Shown: positions 9,054-18,862 of the stretch, piece after piece
Numbering within the stretch: the first letter of the stretch is position 1
Layout of the letters: every line of letters begins with the position of its first letter
NCBI GenBank assembly: GCA_050292425.1
Contig: JBNKLP010000003.1
Location: 7,419 to 71,418 of the forward strand
Reading direction: 5' to 3'
Length of the DNA: 64,000 nt
DNA from: Candidatus Nanoarchaeia archaeon
Lineage (GTDB): Archaea; Nanobdellota; Nanobdellia; Woesearchaeales; UBA583
The notes under the pieces: model-generated
Databases searched by the model: none
What the model was told of the DNA's origin: nothing
What the model saw: only the letters and a program-made list of their open reading frames with translations
Position numbers and translations under genes: made by a program

Positions 9054-9914
9054 ATGACAAAACAAGTTACTATTAAAGTTGATATGCAGAACAGGGAAAA
9101 ACTAAGACGGCTTCATACTGCAACCCATATTGTAAATTATTGTGCTAGAAAAATTCTGGGCAATCATATTTGGCAGAATGGATCAAATCTAAAACCTGAA
9201 TTTGGAACTTTGGATATTACACACTATGAGAATCTTACACAAGAACAGATTTTTGAGATTGAAAAACTAGCAAACAAAACAGTTTTCGAAAACAAGAAAG
9301 TTACAATTGAGGAAATAGACAGGACAAAAGCTGAGCAGAAATATGGATTCATACTCTATCAGGGAGGAGCAATTCCTATGAAAAAACTAAGAATTATTCA
9401 TGTTCTTGATTCAGACATTGAAGCTTGTGGTGGAATTCATATGGAATCAACTGGAGGAATAGGTCTAATTAAAATAGTTGAAACGCAAAAAATCCAAGAT
9501 GGTGTAGTAAGATTAAAATATGTAGTAAATCAATTTGCATTAGGTGAACTGAATAACAAACAAAAGATACTAAAACAAATTCAAGATGTATTTTCAGTTG
9601 AAGAAAATGCTCTAACAAGAACATCTGAGAAATTCTTCAATGAATGGAAAGATCAGAAAAAAGAAATTGAAAATCTCAAAAAACAGCTAAAACAAACATA
9701 TATTGATCAGATATCAACTTCAAAAAATGATAAATTTGAATTAAAAGGAAGCTTCGACATGGGATTCTTAATGGAAATTTTCACGTCAGTTATGGGAAAA
9801 AAGAAATCTTTTAAGTTAGTCTCAGATAAATTCATAATTGCAACAGAGGATATCAAAGTTAAGAACTTCAAAAAAGAGATTAAAAAAGGTAAATTCAATA
9901 TTTATGTATTATAA
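9054..9914 (+). CDS. alaX: AlaX-type Ala-tRNA editing protein / free-standing AlaRS C-terminal half
   Basis: HTATHIVNYCARKILGNHIWQNGS (HxxxH) and CGGIHMESTGGIG (CxxxH) zinc motifs of the AlaRS/ThrRS second additional domain, followed by a coiled coil and a small C-terminal domain. Confidence 0.8.
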   Translation: MTKQVTIKVDMQNREKLRRLHTATHIVNYCARKILGNHIWQNGSNLKPEFGTLDITHYENLTQEQIFEIEKLANKTVFENKKVTIEEIDRTKAEQKYGFILYQGGAIPMKKLRIIHVLDSDIEACGGIHMESTGGIGLIKIVETQKIQDGVVRLKYVVNQFALGELNNKQKILKQIQDVFSVEENALTRTSEKFFNEWKDQKKEIENLKKQLKQTYIDQISTSKNDKFELKGSFDMGFLMEIFTSVMGKKKSFKLVSDKFIIATEDIKVKNFKKEIKKGKFNIYVL

Positions 9915-10086
9915 AATGTTACAATTAATTAAAACCAAAAAAGGAGATTTGGAGCTGGATGAACTGGGAAAAGTCATCTTGGGATTAGTTCTTTTGTTAA
10001 TCTTGATTATAATCATTATGATTATAAAGGGTGAATTCTCAAATCAGGAAGGAGTATTAAAAGGGATGTTCAATATATTTAAATAG
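9904..10086 (+). CDS. small single-TM protein
   Basis: Lys-rich N-terminus plus VILGLVLLLILIIIIMII. Start uncertain (ATG 9904 or 9916); track start 9838 lies inside alaX. Confidence 0.35.
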   Translation: MYYKMLQLIKTKKGDLELDELGKVILGLVLLLILIIIIMIIKGEFSNQEGVLKGMFNIFK

Positions 10087-10087
10087 G

Positions 10088-11086
10088 TTATTTTTTTTTA
10101 CTAATTTTTGCTACGTAAAATCCATTAGTGTCATTATCTTGAGGCCAGATACGAATTGTATTCTCAGTAATATCTAATGGAATTTTATGTTCATCAAAAT
10201 CACTCAATTTGTTTCTCAATATCAATCCAGGTAATTCAGCTTTCTCCAAAATCGCATCAGGATTTCTTTCCAAAAATTTCTCGACTGCAAACTCATTCTC
10301 TTCAGGATCCATAGAACATGTTGAATAAGTCATTATTCCATCATTTTTCAATAATTCAAATGCTCTTTGCATTAGTTTTAACTGTAAATTTTGCATTCCT
10401 TTAAGCTTCTTAGGATTATATGTCTTTATTGTACGAGGTGACTTTCTAATGACTCCTGAGCCAGAACAAGGAGCATCAAGTAAAACTCTATCAAAAACTT
10501 CCTCGCCATCAATCAAACAACCATCATTATTTGTAATAACAATATTTGATAAACCACTTCTATCAAGATTAATCTTCAAAGGACCCATCCTTTTATAATC
10601 AACTTCATTTGCAACAAGTAGACCACAATTTTTCATCTTATCACCTATCTGTGTTGTTTTTGAACCTGGAGCTGCTGCCATATCCAGAACCTTAAAATCT
10701 TCATCAATTTTTGAGGGTATGTCAAGCAATTCAGGAGGACACATTGATGTTGCTTCCTGCACATAAATTTTCCCCATAAAATGCTCATACAAATTTCCCA
10801 AATCACTTCTAACATCTTCTCTAAACTCAGTAAAATAAGCACTTTTGCACCAAGGCACTTCACTCAATAACAAACCTTTTTTCTTCAAACTATCAATCAA
10901 TTCATCAGGATTTTTTTCCTTAATAGAGTTGATACGAAATGATTTTCTTTGAGGCATTAAAATATACTCAATCAATTTATTATATTCTTCTTCACTACCC
11001 AGCATTTCCTTGAATCTTTTTTCAAAAATAGGTTTGATCTGCTCTCTTAGAGGGACATCCTTAAACTTGTCCTTTTTTTTGCTCAT
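10088..11086 (-). CDS. NOL1/NOP2/Sun-family RNA (cytosine-C5) methyltransferase
   Basis: SAM site DMAAAPGSKT; catalytic DAPCSGSG and YSTCS motifs. Confidence 0.85.
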   Translation of the reverse strand: MSKKKDKFKDVPLREQIKPIFEKRFKEMLGSEEEYNKLIEYILMPQRKSFRINSIKEKNPDELIDSLKKKGLLLSEVPWCKSAYFTEFREDVRSDLGNLYEHFMGKIYVQEATSMCPPELLDIPSKIDEDFKVLDMAAAPGSKTTQIGDKMKNCGLLVANEVDYKRMGPLKINLDRSGLSNIVITNNDGCLIDGEEVFDRVLLDAPCSGSGVIRKSPRTIKTYNPKKLKGMQNLQLKLMQRAFELLKNDGIMTYSTCSMDPEENEFAVEKFLERNPDAILEKAELPGLILRNKLSDFDEHKIPLDITENTIRIWPQDNDTNGFYVAKISKKK

Positions 11087-11107
11087 ATATAGAAGAAGTA
11101 AAAAAAC

Positions 11108-11115
11108 TTTATAAA
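11108..11115. promoter_or_regulatory. single palindromic TATA box shared by divergent genes
   Basis: It is the only TATA-like element in the 51-nt spacer. It lies 22 nt from minus-strand ATG 11086 and 23 nt from plus-strand ATG 11138. A-rich BRE-like flanks on both sides (GTAAAAAAAC / rc GAGAAAAGAG). Confidence 0.6.
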
Positions 11116-11137
11116 CTCTTTTCTCAAATCCTAATTT

Positions 11138-12610
11138 ATGAAGAACAAAATTCAGTTAATTACATATCCAGACTCACTTGGAAGCAATTTAAAAGATCTG
11201 TATTTTGTTCTAAACAAATATTTTAAAGGGATAATAAGTGGTGTTCACATTTTGCCTTTTTTTCCATCTTCAGGAGATAGGGGATTTGCTCCTCTAAATT
11301 ACTTGGAAGTTGATGAGAAATTTGGAACTTGGGAAGATATTAAAAAAATTGCAAAAGAATATGATTTGATGGTTGATTTTATGATGAATCATATTTCAGT
11401 TGAGTCAAAATATTTTAAGGATTTTTTAAGACTAGGATATGAAAGCAAATATGCAGATTTTTTTTTAACAAAGGACAAAGTATTTGAAAAATATGATGAA
11501 GAAGGAGAAAAACTGATTTACAGACCTAGGCCTTCAAGTCCTTTCAAAAAAATTCAATTGCCTGCAAACCTTGAAAAGGACGTTTGGATAACATTTTCTC
11601 AAGATCAGATTGATATTGACTGGAATTCTGAATTAACAAAAAAAATAATGAAATCTTTTATTCTGAATTTAAAAAACAATCATATAAAATTTTTAAGACT
11701 TGATGCTGTTGGTTATATGTCAAAAAAAGCAGGGACCACTTGTTTTTTTAATGAGGAAGTATATGGATACATTAATTGGGTAAAAGATATTGTAGGAAAA
11801 AATATAACTCTACTACCAGAAGTTCACCACCATTATTCACTTCAGCAACAGATTGCCCAAAGATGCGACTTAACTTATGATTTTCAATTAACAGTATTAA
11901 TTCTTTATGGTTTGTATTTTGGAGATTCCCATAAAATAAAATGCTGGATGGCCATTAGACCAAAAAATGTGGTAACAGTACTTGATACTCATGATGGAAT
12001 TGGGATTGTTGATGTAGAAGACATTCTATCAATTGAGGAGATTGAACAAACTCGAGAGAAATTAGTTGAAAATGGAGGAAATGAAGCACTTAGAGCAACA
12101 GGCTTCAATTCTGATAATCTTGACATATATCAAGTAAATTGTACTTATTATTCAGCTTTAAACAATGATGATGCTTATATCTGTGCAAGAGCAATTCAGT
12201 TTTTTGTTCCAGGAATTCCTCAGGTTTACTATGTAGGATTATTTGCGGGAAAAAATGATAAGGAACTTCTTGAAAAAACAAATCATGGGAGAGATATTAA
12301 TCGTCACTATTATTCTCTTGATGAGATTAAAAAGGAAGTTCACAAACCAGTTGTAAAAAGATTATTTGAATTAATGAAATTCAGAAATTCTCATAGTGCT
12401 TTTGATGGAGAGTTCTCCTTGCTTGAGAGCAATAATGAAACTTTGGTTATGTTGTGGCAGAATAGGGGGCATGAAGCCAAATTGAATGTTAATTTAAAAT
12501 CATTCAACTTGAATATAAAATATACTGAATTTGCTAATGGTCAAATTATTTGGAAGGAACTTGATGAGATATTAAATCCTGCACTTCAGGTAAAGAATCT
12601 TAATCTTTAA
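11138..12610 (+). CDS. sucrose-phosphorylase-family GH13 glucoside phosphorylase
   Basis: QLITYPDSLG N-terminus; FMMNHIS, FLRLDAVGY (nucleophile Asp), LLPEVHHH (Glu), LDTHDGIG conserved regions. Confidence 0.8.
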   Translation: MKNKIQLITYPDSLGSNLKDLYFVLNKYFKGIISGVHILPFFPSSGDRGFAPLNYLEVDEKFGTWEDIKKIAKEYDLMVDFMMNHISVESKYFKDFLRLGYESKYADFFLTKDKVFEKYDEEGEKLIYRPRPSSPFKKIQLPANLEKDVWITFSQDQIDIDWNSELTKKIMKSFILNLKNNHIKFLRLDAVGYMSKKAGTTCFFNEEVYGYINWVKDIVGKNITLLPEVHHHYSLQQQIAQRCDLTYDFQLTVLILYGLYFGDSHKIKCWMAIRPKNVVTVLDTHDGIGIVDVEDILSIEEIEQTREKLVENGGNEALRATGFNSDNLDIYQVNCTYYSALNNDDAYICARAIQFFVPGIPQVYYVGLFAGKNDKELLEKTNHGRDINRHYYSLDEIKKEVHKPVVKRLFELMKFRNSHSAFDGEFSLLESNNETLVMLWQNRGHEAKLNVNLKSFNLNIKYTEFANGQIIWKELDEILNPALQVKNLNL

Positions 12611-12647
12611 TCCAAATAATTATAAAGAATGCTAATTTGTAATAAAT

Positions 12648-13223
12648 ATGCGTAAATTCATAATATATTCTCAGACAGCATCAACAGATACTCAAATCAG
12701 AGATATAAGACAAGCAGGAAGGTGGGATATAATTCTTCATTCAATAATCTCATCTCTATTTGCCTCAAATGAATTCAGGGAAAATGTTGAATTACATATA
12801 ATTGCCATGGGTCCGCCAAATGCACCAAGACATATCAGCATAAAATATAATGAAGAAAACACTATATCAAAAAAAGATCTCAAAAAACTAATTGAAATTG
12901 CTCTAAAAAAATGTAGGCCAGGTAAAACAAAACAAATTCATCCAGGAGTGTTTGTCGAAGAGAAAACTATTGAAAGACTTCTTAATGAAGAAATAGATGA
13001 AGGAAGAAACTTATTTATGCTTGATTTTTCAGGAGAACATATTAAATCAACTTCAACTAAAAAACTGCAAAATGCATCATTTATATTAGGCGATTATGAT
13101 GGTTTTGATAAAAAAGTGAAGAAATTTCTCAAAAAAAATACAAACAAACTCTCTCTAGGTCCACAAATATATTTCACTTCTCAAGCAATTACTATAATTA
13201 ATTATGAATTGGATAATATTTAG
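12648..13223 (+). CDS. trmY: tRNA (pseudouridine54-N1)-methyltransferase TrmY (SPOUT, COG1901)
   Basis: Collinear resemblance, recalled from memory, to the M. jannaschii TrmY layout: GRWDIILHSIISSLF, PPNAPRHISI, FILGDYDGF, SLGPQIYFTSQAITIINYELD. Confidence 0.7.
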   Translation: MRKFIIYSQTASTDTQIRDIRQAGRWDIILHSIISSLFASNEFRENVELHIIAMGPPNAPRHISIKYNEENTISKKDLKKLIEIALKKCRPGKTKQIHPGVFVEEKTIERLLNEEIDEGRNLFMLDFSGEHIKSTSTKKLQNASFILGDYDGFDKKVKKFLKKNTNKLSLGPQIYFTSQAITIINYELDNI

Positions 13224-13284
13224 TCTGTTACTCACTTTAGTAACACGCTAATTATTTATACCTAAACTTCCATTTCTTAACTAC

Positions 13285-13758
13285 ATGGTAAAGAAAATTA
13301 TAATTTCAATATTTGCAATATTGTTTTTGGCTCAGATGTCATTTGCACAAACTGTAACAGTAAAGGTTCCTTGCACTCCTGATAATATGTTATACATTTC
13401 TACTCAAGAAAATGGATTTGGTTGTCTTGAAGTGACAGATTTCAATGTGTATGATTTTAACACAATTGATTGCAATGATTGTTTTGTTCCAAAAACCTAT
13501 GGAGAAGTAATCCAGACAACTCCTGAAAAAAAACAAGTAAAAGTAATTACATTTAAAGATGAACCTGCTCCTCAAGAAGTTGAAGTCCAATACCAAAGAG
13601 ATGAGACCAAATTTATTGATAGGACAAATGATAACATTTGTACTGACTGTGGAGCACCTGTATCTCAAGTAACTCAGACAAGACCGGAAAAATCATACTC
13701 TCAGAAACTTATCAATTATGTTATTGATTGCTTTGTTGTATTAGCAGATAACAAATAA
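13285..13758 (+). CDS. secreted Cys-rich hypothetical protein
   Basis: Signal peptide IISIFAILFLAQMSFA|Q; 9 Cys in total, 8 of them in the mature part. No family recognised. Confidence 0.5.
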   Translation: MVKKIIISIFAILFLAQMSFAQTVTVKVPCTPDNMLYISTQENGFGCLEVTDFNVYDFNTIDCNDCFVPKTYGEVIQTTPEKKQVKVITFKDEPAPQEVEVQYQRDETKFIDRTNDNICTDCGAPVSQVTQTRPEKSYSQKLINYVIDCFVVLADNK

Positions 13759-13792
13759 AAACATTTTTAACTTATTCTTTCTACTTATTATT

Positions 13793-14638
13793 ATGTCACA
13801 AGAACTATTTATAGGAGCGCACACATCAATAGGACTAGGATTTGAAAATGCTCTTAAATCTATCAAAGCAATGGGAGGAAATTCTGTTCAAATATTTCTA
13901 AAATCTCCAAGAGGAAGACAATCAAAAAGAATCTCAGATTATGAAGCAAACCAAACAAAAAATTACTTACAACAAAATAACGTGTTTCTTGTAGGTCATT
14001 GTTCTTATCTTCTAAACTTTGCAAAAAACATCACTAATGATCCATGGCCAGCTGAATCATTAATTGAAGACATGCAAAATATATACAAATTAGGCGGAGT
14101 TGGTGTTGTACTTCATATTGGAAAGTATTTGGATATGCAAAAAGAGGAAGCTTTTAAAAATATAAAAAAAGCAATTACATTTGTATTTGAAAACACACCT
14201 CAAGAAACTAAAATGTTATTTGAAAATACTGCAGGTCAGGGAACAGAGATAGGTTTTAGATTTGATGAACTAAAAGAAATTTACAATTTATTTTCAGATG
14301 AGCAAAAACAAAGAATTGGCTTTTGTCTTGACACCTGTCATTCATTTGCAGCAGGATATGATTTAAAAACTAAAGAAGGAGTACTAAACTGGCAACAAGA
14401 ATTTGACAACAATATTGGTTGGGAAAAAGTAGTTTGCATTCATTTCAATGATGCCAAAAAAGAATTGGGTTCAAGAGTTGACAGACACCAAGACATAGGT
14501 TTTGGATTTATTGGTGAAGAAGGACTCAAAGAAGTTGCAAAAATAGCAAAAAAAAGCAGCATCCCACTTATACTAGAAACCACAACAGAACATGAAACAT
14601 ATTTGCAACAAATTCAAAAAATTAAAAATTGGTTTTAA
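13793..14638 (+). CDS. nfo: endonuclease IV (AP endonuclease family 2)
   Basis: IGAHTS, VLHIG, FENTAGQG, CLDTCH, HFNDAK..DRHQDIG, ILET metal-ligand pattern. Confidence 0.9.
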   Translation: MSQELFIGAHTSIGLGFENALKSIKAMGGNSVQIFLKSPRGRQSKRISDYEANQTKNYLQQNNVFLVGHCSYLLNFAKNITNDPWPAESLIEDMQNIYKLGGVGVVLHIGKYLDMQKEEAFKNIKKAITFVFENTPQETKMLFENTAGQGTEIGFRFDELKEIYNLFSDEQKQRIGFCLDTCHSFAAGYDLKTKEGVLNWQQEFDNNIGWEKVVCIHFNDAKKELGSRVDRHQDIGFGFIGEEGLKEVAKIAKKSSIPLILETTTEHETYLQQIQKIKNWF

Positions 14639-14680
14639 TCTCACAAAAAACTTTATTAACTCTTCAGGAATATCTTTTTT

Positions 14681-15361
14681 ATGAATGGCATTGTTGAGGC
14701 TTTGGTTGATGAAAATACCTTAAAAGAATACTGTGGAAAAGATAATTCTCCTCTTCATCCAAATAGAATCTCTGCTTTGGGAGGACTCTCAACAATGGTT
14801 GGAACAACTCTTTTATCTAATCCTTACACAGCCCCAGTTGGAGTAATTGCAATAGCAGCAGGCGATATTCTTGCAGATCATTATGATGGAAAATTTGCAA
14901 GAAGATTTGGTAATATGACAAAACAAGGAGCAAGACTTGATCCATTATTTGATAAAATAAAAAATATGTCTGTAGGAACATATGCCACAATTGTAGAAGG
15001 AATAACTAATCCTTTATCATTATTATTTGGAGCAAGTATAATGGTTGATGTGGCATCTCAAAGAGTTGGTAGAGGTCCATTATTAGAACAAATTGTAGAA
15101 GCATATCATGCAGTGAAGTCTCCTGAAGACTGTACTCCAGATAATGAAGAAAAATCTTCTTCAAGGGCTGTTATAGCAGGAAAAATTAAAACCGGAACTC
15201 AAACTGGAGTTCATATAGCATATGGTCTTAAAGAAACAGGATTATTGGATTTGGTGGGAATTGAACAATTTATTGATTATTCTATGCAAGGTGCATTAGG
15301 AATAAGTATAGTATTGGCATCAGTTGGTATCTATCAACGATATCAGAATTCAAAAAATTAA
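14681..15361 (+). CDS. CDP-alcohol phosphatidyltransferase family protein
   Basis: Exact D-x2-DG-x2-AR-x8-G-x3-D-x3-D motif: DHYDGKFARRFGNMTKQGARLDPLFD. Confidence 0.7.
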   Translation: MNGIVEALVDENTLKEYCGKDNSPLHPNRISALGGLSTMVGTTLLSNPYTAPVGVIAIAAGDILADHYDGKFARRFGNMTKQGARLDPLFDKIKNMSVGTYATIVEGITNPLSLLFGASIMVDVASQRVGRGPLLEQIVEAYHAVKSPEDCTPDNEEKSSSRAVIAGKIKTGTQTGVHIAYGLKETGLLDLVGIEQFIDYSMQGALGISIVLASVGIYQRYQNSKN

Positions 15362-16002
15362 AACTCACTTAGGTTTTTATTTTTTTCTTTTGGTTTGAAT
15401 TCAAATCCATCCTCAGAAATAATCTTCTGCATAACTTTGAAATCATGTTCAAAATCTTCTTTCAAAGCAGGTCTGTAAAGCATAGCTGCAGGGTGATAAA
15501 TTGGAACTACGGTAAAACTAAAATCATTAAAATTCACTTTCTTGACCTTTCCATGAAGCTCAGCAATTCCAGCAACTTTTTTCATCTCCTCTGGCTTGAA
15601 TCCACTAAGAACAAATTTAGTTGAATAATTTCCAAGTGTTGCTATAACTTTTGGTTTTATTGCCTTGATTTGCTCAATTAGATAAGGGGTGCATGTTTTT
15701 ATTTCATCAAGGTTTGGATCTCTGTTTTTTGGTGGTCTACATTTCAATATATTTGCAATGTAAACATCCTCAATTGTAAGTCCAATTACATTGAGTAATT
15801 TGTCAAGATTTTTTCCGGCTCTTCCAACAAAGGGTAGTCCTTGCAAATCCTCCTTTTCGCCCGGGGCCTCTCCAATAAAAAGAATTGGAGCATGAGGATT
15901 TCCTTTACCAAAAACAACATTAGTTCTACCTATAGATAAATCACATTTAACACATTTAACACAAACTTCTCTAATTTTTTCCAATTCTAGATTCTCTTTC
16001 AT
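15358..16002 (-). CDS. udg: family-4 uracil-DNA glycosylase (4Fe-4S)
   Basis: GEAPGEKED motif A, FVGRAGKNL, HPAAMLY motif B, Cys ligands CVKCVKC...LKCRP. Confidence 0.9.
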   Translation of the reverse strand: MKENLELEKIREVCVKCVKCDLSIGRTNVVFGKGNPHAPILFIGEAPGEKEDLQGLPFVGRAGKNLDKLLNVIGLTIEDVYIANILKCRPPKNRDPNLDEIKTCTPYLIEQIKAIKPKVIATLGNYSTKFVLSGFKPEEMKKVAGIAELHGKVKKVNFNDFSFTVVPIYHPAAMLYRPALKEDFEHDFKVMQKIISEDGFEFKPKEKNKNLSEF

Positions 16003-16162
16003 AATTATTAAGTTAATCTACTTTTTATAAATATTTATTGTAATTGGTTTTGAAACTATTGTTAATTATTTTCAAAAAAATAATTTTTTTTATCCCAAAA
16101 CTTATTAATTTTTCAAAATAAAATTCACAAATAATAAATAAATTTCTACTTTCAAAATTTAC

Positions 16163-16393
16163 ATGGTAGAACTAAATAAGCCTGAAAAGATATACAAAGT
16201 AGGTGTTCTTTCACTTTCTGTGTGGGAAAATGAGGGGACTGAAAAGAATTTCAAATCATTTACATTTCAGAAATCTTTCATAAATGAAGAAGGAGATTGG
16301 CAGCAAACGCAGAAATTAAATTTATCTGATCTTCCTAAACTAAGAGTCTTAATTGATGAGGCATATAGAGATCAGATTTTAAAAGAAGATTAA
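16163..16393 (+). CDS. small protein, possibly PC4/YdbC-like ssDNA-binding fold
   Basis: The LSLSVWENEG..KSFTFQKSF..GDWQQTQKLNLSDLPKLRVLIDEAY pattern resembles PC4-type beta-sheet plus helix. Weak, by eye only. Confidence 0.35.
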   Translation: MVELNKPEKIYKVGVLSLSVWENEGTEKNFKSFTFQKSFINEEGDWQQTQKLNLSDLPKLRVLIDEAYRDQILKED

Positions 16394-16433
16394 ATACCAA
16401 CTTCTTTTTAAACTAACTCTAATCCTATTAGTT

Positions 16434-16844
16434 ATGGGAAAACTTGGTTTTGTATTTGATATAATAAGAACAAATGATAATATTGTCTTTTTCAACAACA
16501 AAACTTTAACTCAAAACCAGATACTTATTTTCATAGAAAAACAATCTTTGAAAGGAGATTACATTGTAGGACTAAAAAGAAAATTCTTATCAGAAAATGC
16601 ATCAATTGCATTTCTAAATAAAAATTTAGAATTTGAACCATATCTTGTATTTGAGAATCCAAAATTCAAATACTCTAAAATTTCTTTATCAGAAAAAACA
16701 CATCTTGACTTTGACCATCTTACATTCTGGTTTCATGTAACCAAATACAAAAAACTTTGGGAACTTCTCACAATTGAAGTGAAAGAGGATTTCGAACAAG
16801 AACTAAAAGAGAATTTAATTAGAATTCTTGAGTATTTCAAATGA
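16434..16844 (+). CDS. hypothetical protein
   Basis: 136-aa ORF in a compact gene array. No motif recognised. Confidence 0.45.
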   Translation: MGKLGFVFDIIRTNDNIVFFNNKTLTQNQILIFIEKQSLKGDYIVGLKRKFLSENASIAFLNKNLEFEPYLVFENPKFKYSKISLSEKTHLDFDHLTFWFHVTKYKKLWELLTIEVKEDFEQELKENLIRILEYFK

Positions 16845-16887
16845 ATTAAACTAAACCTTTTTAAATAACATTACACCATAATAATCT

Positions 16888-18855
16888 ATGGCAAAAGCTG
16901 ACGAAAAAAAATCTACTTCTACAATTAAAAAAATATCTCAAAAAGTAGATTACTTGAAATTCAAAGACACTTCACAAATCAAAGTAGCAGATAAAATTAT
17001 TGACAAAGTAATTGGACAAGAACAAGCACTTGAAATAATTCAAAAAGCAGCTGCACAAAGAAGGCATGTTCTTCTACTAGGAGAACCAGGAACAGGAAAA
17101 TCAATGCTTGGAAAAGCAATTGCTGAAATTCTATCAACAAAAAATGCTGTTGACATGCTTGCATATCCAAATCCTAAAGATGAAAACAATCCAACTATTA
17201 AAATAACAAAAGCTGGAGATGGGACAAAAATAATTGAAAAGTCCAAGATAGTCCAATTAAGAAATGTTGGAAAAGGGCAAAGTGGTTATTTATTAATTGT
17301 CTTCTTTTTTGTAATTGCACTTTCAATATGGAGATATTTCTCATGGCAGGCAAGAGGAGGAGCATACACAGATGTGATTTATGCAGCTGAAATTGTATCA
17401 ATGACATTGATATTTTTTATTATGATGGTTGCAATGGCTCTATCAGCATCAATGTCTAAAAGAGGCCTTGGGGGGCCTTCAAATGACAGTGGCGCTCCAA
17501 AACTTGTTGTTGATAATGCAAACAAAAAAATGATTTTCGAGGATGCATCAGGAGCTCACGAAGGAGCACTCTTGGGGGATGTTCTTCACGACCCATTCCA
17601 GTCAGGAGGTCTTGGAACTCCAGCACATCAAAGAATAGTTGCAGGAATGATTCACAAGGCAAATGGCGGAGTTCTTTTTATTGATGAGATTGCAACTCTG
17701 AAACCAGAAATGCAGCAGGAACTTTTAACAGCAGTTCAAGAAAAGCAGATGCCAATTACTGGAAGATCAGAAAGATCAGCAGGAGCAATGGTAAGAACAT
17801 CTCCTGCACCAACTGATTTTGTACTTGTGGCAGCAGGAAACCTTGATACTCTAAAACATATGCATCCAGCTCTAAGATCAAGAATCAGAGGTTATGGTTA
17901 TGAGATTTATATGAATGAAAATATGAATGACACACCTGAAAACAGAAAGAAAATAGTTCAGTTCATAGCTCAGGAAGTAAAAGGAGACGGAAAGATTCCA
18001 CACTTCACACCAGATGCATGTGAGTTGATAATTGAAGAGGCTAGAAAAAGAGCTGACAAGGGAAACAAGCTAACAACAAGATTCAGAGAATTGGGAGGAA
18101 TCATTAGAGCAGCAGGAGACATTGCAATCAAAAAAGGGAACACTCTTACTCATCAGGCAGATGTAGTTGAAGCTCTTCTAAAAGTTAAGTCAATTGAAGA
18201 TCAGATGATCTCTAAATATGTTGAGACAAAAAAACAATACTCAATTATCAAAACAACAGGAACAGAAGTTGGTAAAATTAATGGTCTTGCTGTAGTTGGA
18301 CAAAACCCGCCATACTCCGGAATGGTAATGCCAATTGAAGCTGAAGTTACAAAGGGTGGAAAAGGAGTTCAGTTCATTGCAACAGGAAAGCTAGGGGACA
18401 TTGCAAAAGAATCAGTTACAAATGTATCAGCTCTAATAAAGAAAATATTTGATGAAGACTTGACAAAAGACTACTCTGTATACATTCAATTCATTCAGAC
18501 TCACTCAGGAGTTGAAGGAGACTCAGCATCAGTTGCTTTGGCAACAGCAGTTGTATCTGCTCTTAAGGCAATTCCTGTAAGACAAGACATTGCAATGACA
18601 GGTTCTCTTTCAATTAGGGGAGAAGTTCTTCCTATTGGAGGGGTTTCTGCAAAAGTTGAAGGTGCTTATGCATCAGGAATCAAAAAGGTTATAGTTCCTC
18701 AGTCAAATATGCAAGACCTAGTAATTACTGATGAAATAAAGAAAGCTGTAAAGATAATTCCTGTATCAAACTTCGCTCAGGTACTTCTTGAAGTACTTGA
18801 ATGGAAATCAAAAGATAAGAACGTAAAAGCTAAAATTGAAAAGCTTTTAAAATAA
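16888..18855 (+). CDS. lonB: archaeal membrane-bound Lon protease (LonB)
   Basis: Walker A GEPGTGKS; two TM helices inserted in the AAA+ module ([14 protein letters not shown]; [17 protein letters not shown]); Walker B LFIDEI; Ser-Lys dyad (GDSAS .. [10 protein letters not shown]). Confidence 0.92.
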   Translation: MAKADEKKSTSTIKKISQKVDYLKFKDTSQIKVADKIIDKVIGQEQALEIIQKAAAQRRHVLLLGEPGTGKSMLGKAIAEILSTKNAVDMLAYPNPKDENNPTIKITKAGDGTKIIEKSKIVQLRNVGKGQSGYLLIVFFFVIALSIWRYFSWQARGGAYTDVIYAAEIVSMTLIFFIMMVAMALSASMSKRGLGGPSNDSGAPKLVVDNANKKMIFEDASGAHEGALLGDVLHDPFQSGGLGTPAHQRIVAGMIHKANGGVLFIDEIATLKPEMQQELLTAVQEKQMPITGRSERSAGAMVRTSPAPTDFVLVAAGNLDTLKHMHPALRSRIRGYGYEIYMNENMNDTPENRKKIVQFIAQEVKGDGKIPHFTPDACELIIEEARKRADKGNKLTTRFRELGGIIRAAGDIAIKKGNTLTHQADVVEALLKVKSIEDQMISKYVETKKQYSIIKTTGTEVGKINGLAVVGQNPPYSGMVMPIEAEVTKGGKGVQFIATGKLGDIAKESVTNVSALIKKIFDEDLTKDYSVYIQFIQTHSGVEGDSASVALATAVVSALKAIPVRQDIAMTGSLSIRGEVLPIGGVSAKVEGAYASGIKKVIVPQSNMQDLVITDEIKKAVKIIPVSNFAQVLLEVLEWKSKDKNVKAKIEKLLK

Positions 18856-18862
18856 AATTAAT

